Assembly: GCA_024275415.1 (NCBI GenBank) | Contig: JAJRZD010000109.1 | Span: 1 to 20,050 of the forward strand | Reading direction: 5' to 3' | DNA: 20,050 nt | From: an archaeon | GTDB lineage: Archaea; Asgardarchaeota; Thorarchaeia; Thorarchaeales; Thorarchaeaceae | Shown: piece by piece, positions 8,280-15,751 of the stretch | Numbering within the stretch: the stretch's first letter is position 1 | Layout of the letters: each line of letters opens with the position of its first letter | Program-made: the position numbers and the translations under genes | Notes under the pieces: model-generated | Seen by the model: the letters and a program-made list of their open reading frames with translations, nothing else | Told to the model about the DNA's origin: nothing | The model's database searches: none

Positions 8280-8363
8280 ACACTTATTAGTAGGTGTGGG
8301 GTCTGTCGAGCATCTTGTAATGGAACCATGCGGGTACCATTCACGAGAGAGGTGTGTAAAAAC

Positions 8364-9404
8364 TTGAAGACGAAAGCACTGGCCGGAATGGTGCTACTCT
8401 TTCTGGCTATTAGCATCCTACCCCTAGCATCAAACGCCTTTGTGGTGGTTGATGAGGGATTCACCTTGTATCCTGGACCGCCCTCTTGGCTAGGTGGCGG
8501 AGACGATACAACATATCCATGGCAGGATGATGATCCTGAAACACCATGGGGTATTGAGCGTGTGTTCAATGGAAACTATGACGGAGATCAATTTACGACT
8601 TCTGTGCAGGTTGCAATCCTAGATTCGGGCATTGACCTAGATCATCCAGACTTGGCTCCTAACATTGCTTGGGCAGTCGATGCGACTGGAGGAGGCAACC
8701 CAAATGATTTGAATGGCCACGGAACACATGTTGCGGGTACAATTGGTGCTATTCGCGATAGTGCTGGCGTTGTTGGAATGTATGCCAATGTGGAACTATA
8801 TGCCATCAAGGTTCTAGGTGCAAGTGGAAGCGGTGACTGGGCAGACTTGGTTACTGCAATATACCTAGCTTGTCAAGGGCCAGATGGAATTGAAGGGAAC
8901 GAAGATGATGCTGATGTCATTAGCATGAGCCTTGGTGCTTCTTCAGCCCCAACAGAGGTTCATGATGCAATCATCCATGCCTACAACCTTGGCATTGTGC
9001 TTGTTGCAGCTGCTGGCAATGAAGGTGACGGAGATCCATCAACCGAGGAGATTTCGTATCCAGCCTATTATCCAGAGGTCATTGCTGTAGGTGCGACTGA
9101 CAAGGATGATTCGATAGCCTCCTTCTCGAACACTGGCTCATATCTTGAGGTTGCTGCGCCTGGTGTATCAGTGTACAGCACATACAAGAATGGTGGTTAC
9201 GACACTTTGTCAGGCACTTCCATGGCGTGTCCTCATGTTTCCGGGTTAGTGGCACTCATCATTGCAATCAATGGTAAGATGCCAGTTGGAACCTTTGATG
9301 ACACGAGTACCAGCACGATTCGAGGATACCTACATAGTACTGCACTCGATCTGGGTCCGGCAGGCTGGGATACAGCCTACGGATGGGGATTGATCCAGCG
9401 GTAG
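8364..9404 (+). CDS. Secreted S8 subtilisin, Tk-subtilisin/pernisine-like, apparently without an I9 propeptide
   Basis: GAGGTG SD (8349-8354) before TTG 8364; signal peptide MKTKALAGMVLLFLAISILPLASNA; catalytic ILDSGID, NGHGTHVAG, AAAGNEG, SGTSMACPHV. Confidence 0.92.
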   Translation: MKTKALAGMVLLFLAISILPLASNAFVVVDEGFTLYPGPPSWLGGGDDTTYPWQDDDPETPWGIERVFNGNYDGDQFTTSVQVAILDSGIDLDHPDLAPNIAWAVDATGGGNPNDLNGHGTHVAGTIGAIRDSAGVVGMYANVELYAIKVLGASGSGDWADLVTAIYLACQGPDGIEGNEDDADVISMSLGASSAPTEVHDAIIHAYNLGIVLVAAAGNEGDGDPSTEEISYPAYYPEVIAVGATDKDDSIASFSNTGSYLEVAAPGVSVYSTYKNGGYDTLSGTSMACPHVSGLVALIIAINGKMPVGTFDDTSTSTIRGYLHSTALDLGPAGWDTAYGWGLIQR

Positions 9405-9423
9405 ATTAAACGACACACTAAGG

Positions 9424-9465
9424 GATGGCCGAACTGAAACACGTTTCGGTCATCTTTTTCTTTTT
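9424..9465 (+). terminator. Stem-loop plus U-tract terminator after subtilisin
   Basis: GATGGCCGAA (9424-9433)/TTCGGTCATC (9445-9454), 10 bp with one G-U pair, followed by TTTTTCTTTTT. Confidence 0.7.
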
Positions 9466-9597
9466 GGAATGGCCATGAATTCAGTCAATGGACATGACAG
9501 GCGACAGGTATGCAATGATGGACACCATAGTGCCGATCACGCCTTGACATTTGACGAGGTTTATCTTCTTCTGTAAAAAGGAACGTGATGAGCTTCA

Positions 9598-10305
9598 ATG
9601 AATGATGACATTAATTTCAAGATTCGTGGTCTGCAAGGCATACTGGTATCTCGTGCCCTTCAATTCCTTGACATGCTCCAACAAGGCCATGCGGACATCG
9701 GTAAAATCACAGATTCTCAGAAGCCAAAGGTCGCTGCTGACTCGATGGGTATTGCATATGGCGCAGTACTAACTGTTCTGGCTCGGATAGACCCAGACCT
9801 GAAGAAATCATTCTCGTCCATCTTGAGGGAGAAGCTCAGACCAGAGGTCTCAACTTCAGTGGTGTGGTTCATCCGGATAACAGTCTTCGGCAGTATCTTT
9901 GGTATCATAGTCCTCGTCCTAATTGATTTGCTAGGAAGCTTCAGAATCCTGCCCCTGGAGATTGCCATCCCGATAACGCTTGTGGGTTTTACAATCGTTG
10001 TGATACTTGTGCTTTCTATTACAATCTATGCTTTCAAGAACCAAGGAAAAGACCCGCCTCAGAACGTGATTGACGCCATCTCGGAACTCCCTGTCAGATT
10101 TGAGGCAGAGAGGGCATTTCAAACAATTGTCGAGTTTGTACGAGAGGAAACTCCACATCCCCTGCCAATCCTTGTTATTGGTGATTACGACGACTTCGAG
10201 TATACAGGAGAAGTGTTCACAACCTCAAGAGGATTGACAGTTCGGTTGGCGAACATACCTCCAACACATTGGAACAACGGATTCTCACTGGAATCAATGG
10301 AGTGA
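9598..10305 (+). CDS. Hypothetical membrane protein with two central TM helices
   Basis: Hydrophobic runs VVWFIRITVFGSIFGIIVLVLIDLLG and IAIPITLVGFTIVVILVLSITIYAF, flanked by soluble domains. Confidence 0.75.
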   Translation: MNDDINFKIRGLQGILVSRALQFLDMLQQGHADIGKITDSQKPKVAADSMGIAYGAVLTVLARIDPDLKKSFSSILREKLRPEVSTSVVWFIRITVFGSIFGIIVLVLIDLLGSFRILPLEIAIPITLVGFTIVVILVLSITIYAFKNQGKDPPQNVIDAISELPVRFEAERAFQTIVEFVREETPHPLPILVIGDYDDFEYTGEVFTTSRGLTVRLANIPPTHWNNGFSLESME

Positions 10306-10391
10306 TATGGTCGGCTAGACACCAAGGCGTCATACATCTTGAGATAAAATGGGATCCAAGGCAATGGTGTGCCCTGCATAAGAGATCCCAT

Positions 10392-10883
10392 TCATGACTT
10401 CCGTTTAGAGGGCTTTGCACGGATAGCCACTGAATAGAGGATGTTATTGCTGACAGAAAATAACATCGCAAAGATCAGCAATGTCATGAGGTTCAGAGGG
10501 CCTTCAAGCACATGAACTGCTAGGATTGCAGCCGCCCAAAGTAGGGCATTGGCAATTATGGTCGCACCAAGTTGTCTGTTGATGATGCTCAGGGTCGCAG
10601 CTGATGCAGAATAGGCGGTCATCTTGTTCATGAGGGAATACGCATCCTTGCCGAGTTCTGATAGACTGTAGGTGTCGTCCTTATGAAGTAGAAGTGGAGC
10701 AAGCGCATTGAGATGGTATGAGAGCGAGGCACTCTCATCGATTCTCGTTGCCTTTTTTATCTCAGTGAACTTGGCTTTCTGTGACTCACCTATGACCCGA
10801 AGGATATCTCTTCGGAGCTGATGGCTCAGGGTCTTGAAGATTTCTTCCTCCAAGTTTTTCGTTTCGTTGGCTTCTTCCGGCAT
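10392..10883 (-). CDS. Membrane-tethered ArsR-like winged-HTH regulator (HTH + 2 TM)
   Basis: EEIFKTLSHQLRRDILRVI...FTEIKK...SLSYHLNAL...YSLSELGKDAY, then two hydrophobic helices. Start assigned to ATG 10883 (MPEEANETK). Confidence 0.8.
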   Translation of the reverse strand: MPEEANETKNLEEEIFKTLSHQLRRDILRVIGESQKAKFTEIKKATRIDESASLSYHLNALAPLLLHKDDTYSLSELGKDAYSLMNKMTAYSASAATLSIINRQLGATIIANALLWAAAILAVHVLEGPLNLMTLLIFAMLFSVSNNILYSVAIRAKPSKRKS

Positions 10884-11018
10884 TTGAATCACATGAAGGG
10901 ATAATATTTCAATGAATATAATATAATGAGTCAAGCGTTTTTTACTAAACTCCTTCTTACCTCATACAACCATTAAAATTCTAGTGTGTGAACTGGAATA
11001 GTCCACGAGGAAAACACA

Positions 11019-11351
11019 ATGAGCATTGAAGAGAAGTTTGAGGAAGAGATGTTTGAGATATGCGAGCGGTACTACGAGCTTGACAAAGAACGTGACGCTA
11101 TAGAGGAGCAACTGGAACGGTTGCACGAGTACATGGAGATTACTCTTCGGAAATACGAGAGGGACGAGTTCGACCATCCAAAATCCCCAGTCAAGGTGAA
11201 ACGGCTTGTCTATACAAGTGAACGAATGAAGAGGGGGGGCAAAGACAGGCTGCGAGAGATCCTCACTCCGAAGCAATGGGCAGAGGTATTCGCTGAACCC
11301 AAAGAAGTAGAACGGATTCGAGTCACGCCCCGAAAAAGAAAGGAGAAATGA
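11019..11351 (+). CDS. Small charged hypothetical protein (N-terminal coiled coil, basic C-terminus)
   Basis: 110-aa ORF with protein-like composition, divergent from the HTH-TM gene; heptad-like YYELDKERDAIEEQLERLHEYM. Confidence 0.75.
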   Translation: MSIEEKFEEEMFEICERYYELDKERDAIEEQLERLHEYMEITLRKYERDEFDHPKSPVKVKRLVYTSERMKRGGKDRLREILTPKQWAEVFAEPKEVERIRVTPRKRKEK

Positions 11352-11488
11352 GGTTGTGGTTGCTACCAACCTTGCCGTTCCAATCGTGCGGCTCGTCTCC
11401 TGTACTTGTCCCGCTGTTCGGGGGTTACCAACAGCTGCGCTAGACTTACCCAGACTTGGACATCCCTCAGACGGACATTCGAAGTAAA

Positions 11489-11989
11489 TTATAGGACTTT
11501 ATAGACTCGACCACTCGTACAGGAGTATGAGACCATCCATGACACGACCCTGCCCTCGCAGAGTCCACCCAGTGCCGTTATCTGGGAGTACAACACTCTG
11601 GTGTCCAAGTTTGTACAATTTACAATAAACGGTCTCAGCGGCATCAGCCAGTGTATGAGAGAGCGAGGGCAGGTTGGGACGCATCCTGTAGACTCTATCG
11701 ACTGACTGACCTCAAGGCCAAGGATGGAAACAAGAATGGCTATGATGTGTGTCAGAATGATTGCATATATGTCCATGAGTGCAATAGCAGTCTTTTGTAA
11801 AGTCATGTCTGAAACCGCCCGATGAATGGTGTACGTCACCATTCCATCGTCATCAAGTACCTCTAGATTGAACTCAGAAACCACAGTGTTCTCCGGTTCG
11901 CCACTCCTCCCTGTTCGGACAATATCATAGTCCACCGTATCTTCGGCAACTATCCGTAGATCAATACTTAATTCAACATGAAGGACCAT
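11489..11989 (-). CDS. Possible hypothetical membrane protein; 3' part may be out of frame
   Basis: First ~95 aa look protein-like (acidic beta region plus hydrophobic IYAIILTHIIAILVSILGL). The remainder is Cys/Ser-rich and overlaps a separate 61-aa ORF (11499-11684). Confidence 0.35.
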   Translation of the reverse strand: MVLHVELSIDLRIVAEDTVDYDIVRTGRSGEPENTVVSEFNLEVLDDDGMVTYTIHRAVSDMTLQKTAIALMDIYAIILTHIIAILVSILGLEVSQSIESTGCVPTCPRSLIHWLMPLRPFIVNCTNLDTRVLYSQITALGGLCEGRVVSWMVSYSCTSGRVYKVL

Positions 11990-12198
11990 AATCTTGTTGG
12001 GTATGCCAAGTATTGAAAATTGAGCCTAGGAAAAACCAGAGCCTGGTTATTCATGATTCTTTTTTGGGATATGCACTAGAGTCCAGTATGTTTACACACG
12101 ACCAGCATGACCTGTTGGCATCATACATGCGTGAATGTGCAATGCGTTCACAGATCGTTCAAAACTGGTTATGTTGCCTGCGTCAATCTATAGCCGGT

Positions 12199-12564
12199 CT
12201 AAGTGCTCATCATGGTGATAATCTGATCATAGAACCCTAATGACCCATTCTTCTGGTAGCACCCATTGACACCAATCTCTTGGGCGAGCGGTTCAACCAT
12301 CTCAACTGGATGCCCTGTGATGATGATGAATGGCATGACATACCCTTCCCCCCTGACCGTTTTCAACAGCTCGATGCCGTTCATGCTTGGCATCATGAAA
12401 TCGCTCAGGACACAGTTAACGGTTCGAGTCCTAATGATGTCCAAGGCATCAACAGCTGAGGGGGATGAGATGACCTTGATATGAGGTGCCATCAGTTTGA
12501 AGAAGTCTTCAGTAGCTTTGCACAGTGATGCATCATCGTCAACAATAAGGAGTGTCTTCGGCAT
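12199..12564 (-). CDS. Stand-alone response-regulator receiver (CheY-like) domain
   Basis: LLIVDDD, phospho-acceptor SDFMMPSMNGIELL, IITG, YQK. Starts 9 nt after the stop of the upstream CARF-like gene. Confidence 0.92.
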   Translation of the reverse strand: MPKTLLIVDDDASLCKATEDFFKLMAPHIKVISSPSAVDALDIIRTRTVNCVLSDFMMPSMNGIELLKTVRGEGYVMPFIIITGHPVEMVEPLAQEIGVNGCYQKNGSLGFYDQIITMMST

Positions 12565-12573
12565 TCTATATCA

Positions 12574-13332
12574 TCATCCTCCGATTTCAGACCGTGATGG
12601 AAAGTGGCGATCTCCAAAAATCGTGCCAGACGGTTTTATCCCAATATGTTCGGAGGGATAGCCTTTTTCTGAGCGAGAACCAGACGCCCATACTCTTCGT
12701 TGTCGTAACATCTTCCCGTGGATAACGCTCGCACCCAGAGGAGTGATTCGTACTGTCTTCAGCCGATTGGTTCTGATCCGTTCTACATAACCGGCCTGTT
12801 CGAGATCCTGTAATTGTCGTGATACACCAGAACGCGGAATGTCGAGTTCTTTGGTTATTTCCTTTTGAAGGACTTCCTTTGGTTGTCGGGCAAGGTATCC
12901 AAGTATCTCTTTCTTTCGTTTCGTAAGGTTACTTAGTTTTGCAGGCCGAATTTCAGCGACCATGTCACTGGCTTCGTCCGGCCTGTAGATGATGTTGGCA
13001 TGCATGATTTCAGCAGCCATACATGCAACAATTGTCATCATCGGATTTGCAAAGGACACATTGAACTCAACCTGATGTCCATCAAGATTCCGACAATTGA
13101 TAACTTCAAGGATGCTGGAGAGCATAGATTCGAAATTGTAGTTCGAGAATTGAACCACTGTAGCGTGGATACCAAACTGGGAGAGACCCTCAAGTAGTTC
13201 ATGTACAGATTGTGGTGTGTTTGGGTCAAATGCGAAAATGAGTTCATCGATGGATCGCTTCAATATGGAGCGCATCAGCACTTGATCCCACTCCTTTCCG
13301 ACCAGTGCAATGTGTATCTTTGGGGGTTCCAT
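12574..13332 (-). CDS. DUF6293/Csa3-like CARF-wHTH transcriptional regulator
   Basis: GGTGA SD 7 nt before ATG 13332; KIHIALVGKEWDQVL and EFNVSFANPMMTIVACMAA Rossmann-like segments; C-terminal wHTH LTKRKKEILGYL...SGVSRQLQDLEQAGYV...VRITPLG. Confidence 0.75.
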   Translation of the reverse strand: MEPPKIHIALVGKEWDQVLMRSILKRSIDELIFAFDPNTPQSVHELLEGLSQFGIHATVVQFSNYNFESMLSSILEVINCRNLDGHQVEFNVSFANPMMTIVACMAAEIMHANIIYRPDEASDMVAEIRPAKLSNLTKRKKEILGYLARQPKEVLQKEITKELDIPRSGVSRQLQDLEQAGYVERIRTNRLKTVRITPLGASVIHGKMLRQRRVWASGSRSEKGYPSEHIGIKPSGTIFGDRHFPSRSEIGG

Positions 13333-13491
13333 TAGCTGCTCACCGCTTGTCCTATAATTATGCTCTATGCATTGTGAGGTATGCAACGAACGCTTGCTCT
13401 CTCAGAGTGTGTTACTCCGAAGGGGCCCCTCCATATCTGCTAGTTCGTTTGTTGGCCCTTTTGCATATGCATGTTAACTGAGGAATGTTAG

Positions 13492-13499
13492 TATATAAA
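13492..13499 (-). promoter_or_regulatory. Candidate TATA box TTTATATA for the CARF-wHTH/receiver operon
   Basis: Consensus archaeal TATA on the minus strand; implies a leader of ~135 nt. Confidence 0.4.
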
Positions 13500-13642
13500 G
13501 CAATGATTCGGACTCTGGAAGTGCGGAATATTGAAGCGAGAGCGTGTTCTACGAAGGGCATTCAGGAGCGCTCAGTTACGTGTCGAACTAAAAACATAAG
13601 AATAGTTGATTGCTGTAACTGTTTTAGGGTTGCGGGACATGC

Positions 13643-15304
13643 TCAGACACCTGAACGCCTCAACCGAACGGCAATTTTAGAATCGTTCTGGGCATGGGAA
13701 ACAGGGATCTCTTGTTGTGCAAGCGAATCTAGCCAGATATCTATCGCATCCATTGGTGCGTCCCATCTCTGGGTCTCCACATCCCAGAGGTGTAATGGGA
13801 ACGACCACTGACCCCAGACGCTGCCTCCTAGAAGAGAGATACTGACGGGCCACCCCAGTGAGCGAATCGTCCGCATCATCTTGGAAGAGGCTCCTGTCGG
13901 GAGTTCTGCAATGGCAAGCAGATCTCGATAATCGCTGTAATGGAGGAATACCTTCGGGAACTCGCGCATCCAAGTGTCAATTAGACCAGCAGTTCTACGT
14001 TCGCTACAGCGGATTGCGACCCGTTCGATTAGACCGATATTGTGAAGTGCCCAGGTCTTCCGGATAAGTCCTTCGTATCTTAGTTTTCTGAGGTGCCGGG
14101 TCAGCGGATTCAGCCCGATTCCTAGAGCTTTTCGTAACGCGCGAGAAGAGGTTATCCGATGATTCACATTGCTCAAGATCCGGATGTCGATATCGTCTAA
14201 ATATGCATCCGTCGTCTTAGCAGGTGTGTCAATCCGAGGGATGATATCGTGCAGGGACTCGTCATCAATGCGTTTCCCCCAACCGAGCATCGCAGTCCAA
14301 GGTATCTCCCATTGTGAGCTGGCGACATTATAGTGGTAGAATGAATTTGACAATGCAGCGGATTTGGTTTCAATGATATCAACAGAAATCCCAAGATCAC
14401 TTAGGATGGATTCCATCTCATCGAGTGCGCGGATGCTATGTATGTTATCAGGGACTGCCAACCGTGCAAGGACCTGCCAAGGGCCATTCAGGATGTATTG
14501 CAGGTTGTAGAGGAACGGACATCCCGTAAGATAGTGCCAGGGCTCATCCTGAGGAGGACCTGCAAGGAGCACATGAAAACTTCGAATTCCAATCCTTGAG
14601 AAGGGTGTAGAAACAAAGGCTCGCAGGATGTGCCTCTTCATTAGTCGGTTGATCTTGGCGGAAACCCATGAATCACTGAACCCAAGCGACCGTCCAATCT
14701 CTTTGTTCGATGCGTTCGGATTCTCAAGCAAAATGTCAATGATCTTCACCTCTGTATGGTCGAGTCCAACCTCAATCTCATGAGTCCGGATCGTCAAATA
14801 GTCAACATATTCCTCGAACTCCAGCTGCTTCCCGTACTTTGCCATGCTCAGGAATTCGTGAACTAATGAGTCCAATTCAGAGTCCCCAGCAAGAGAGATC
14901 ATCCATTCCATCATTTTGAATGAGGTGTATTGGAGATTTGCCCGAACCCGAATGGTTGGAATCCGTTTCCATGCCTGTTCCCAGAGGAGCATCTCCTCTT
15001 TGGATAGATTTTGCCTTGCGTATTCCGCAGCTATGTCACGTTTGGCCTCCCAACAGATTAGGTCTGGTAGCACAGCATACAGGCTCTCACGGAAGATGAC
15101 ACCTCTCAAGGGTATGACACCCTTGCATGTCTGCTGTTCTAAACGCAATACGCCAGAGGTATCAATGAATCCACCAAACCGCTCGGTGTTATGGCTGTCG
15201 GAGTGTGTTATAATCTCTTGAGGGCACTCAGGAACCTCTAACCTGAACCTATTATGGATAATCTTTGAGGATTCTGTCCAAAGTTCAGAGATTCGCTGCT
15301 TCAA
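13643..15304 (-). CDS. Tandem Lrp/AsnC regulator with additional ~175-aa N-terminal domain
   Basis: GGTGGGG SD before TTG 15304; wHTH units LDHTEVKIIDILLENPNASNKEIGRSLGFSDSWVSAKINRLMK and LDDIDIRILSNV...SSRALRKALGIGLNPLTRHLRKL; W-rich motifs after each RAM-like segment. Confidence 0.8.
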   Translation of the reverse strand: MKQRISELWTESSKIIHNRFRLEVPECPQEIITHSDSHNTERFGGFIDTSGVLRLEQQTCKGVIPLRGVIFRESLYAVLPDLICWEAKRDIAAEYARQNLSKEEMLLWEQAWKRIPTIRVRANLQYTSFKMMEWMISLAGDSELDSLVHEFLSMAKYGKQLEFEEYVDYLTIRTHEIEVGLDHTEVKIIDILLENPNASNKEIGRSLGFSDSWVSAKINRLMKRHILRAFVSTPFSRIGIRSFHVLLAGPPQDEPWHYLTGCPFLYNLQYILNGPWQVLARLAVPDNIHSIRALDEMESILSDLGISVDIIETKSAALSNSFYHYNVASSQWEIPWTAMLGWGKRIDDESLHDIIPRIDTPAKTTDAYLDDIDIRILSNVNHRITSSRALRKALGIGLNPLTRHLRKLRYEGLIRKTWALHNIGLIERVAIRCSERRTAGLIDTWMREFPKVFLHYSDYRDLLAIAELPTGASSKMMRTIRSLGWPVSISLLGGSVWGQWSFPLHLWDVETQRWDAPMDAIDIWLDSLAQQEIPVSHAQNDSKIAVRLRRSGV

Positions 15305-15461
15305 AAGTCCCCACCGTCTAGGAGGTGTATTAACTGCTGATATATTATGTTATTAGGAGTGAGTTGCCCTTTTGTACTTTCTTGAGGCGAAGTAGAAATT
15401 GCGTTCTAAAACGCAAATCTCATTTGAAATTGAAAAATCCACTGTGCTGACTTGTATTCTT

Positions 15462-15630
15462 TCGGGGCATAATCAGAGCGATAACTATGTACGACCCTCC
15501 TGAAAACCCCGACGAACCATGGTAATTGCCAAGACGGATCTCTTCGGAGATTCCGAGATTATGTGAGAGAAGAGGTACAGGGATAAGCGGCTATCCGAGT
15601 GCCACTGGATCTTCTCTCACCAATTTTCAT
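15462..15630 (+). ncRNA. Candidate structured non-coding RNA (three stems)
   Basis: TCGGGG/CCCCGA (15462-67/15507-12); C(UUCG)G tetraloop hairpin 15535-15555; long hairpin 15563-15620 with perfect 11-bp base GTGAGAGAAGA/TCTTCTCTCAC; U-rich tail. Confidence 0.4.
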
Positions 15631-15721
15631 TTATTCTCAAGACTCCTACCAAGAAATGATTACATATTTCCTGAGTGTGATGATGAACTCCTAATGTTCA
15701 CAAATATCAATAATGATACCA

Positions 15722-15729
15722 TTTATCAT
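15722..15729 (+). promoter_or_regulatory. Candidate TATA box for a leaderless metallophosphoesterase transcript
   Basis: TTTATCAT lies 23-30 nt upstream of GTG 15752; no SD before the start. Confidence 0.35.
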
Positions 15730-15751
15730 CTAAAGCGTGCCCTGAAAAGCC

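Noticed and set aside
8082-8363. 94-aa N-terminal extension of the subtilisin ORF, considered as a hidden propeptide
   Set aside because: It lies before the signal peptide, overlaps the PLC gene and the divergent promoter, and has non-protein-like composition; the SD supports TTG 8364.
10962-11369. 135-aa minus-strand ORF
   Set aside because: Antisense shadow of the 110-aa charged protein (Phe/Leu/Ser-rich mirror).
11499-11684. DNGTG...GLILL resembling histidine-kinase ATPase G boxes next to the receiver gene
   Set aside because: No N-box or H-box in any adjoining frame; a five-residue match is too weak to call a kinase relic.
12574-13332. CRISPR-Cas locus suggested by a Csa3-like gene
   Set aside because: No repeat-spacer array or cas gene anywhere in the window.
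13485-13811. 108-aa + strand ORF
   Set aside because: Overlaps the 3' end of the Lrp gene antisense and a promoter region; Cys/Arg/Ser-rich, random-like.
15535-15620. SECIS element (fdh context, Asgard-like host)
   Set aside because: No AUGA/GA quartet or GAA/A core, and no gene in the window has an in-frame TGA in a conserved position.
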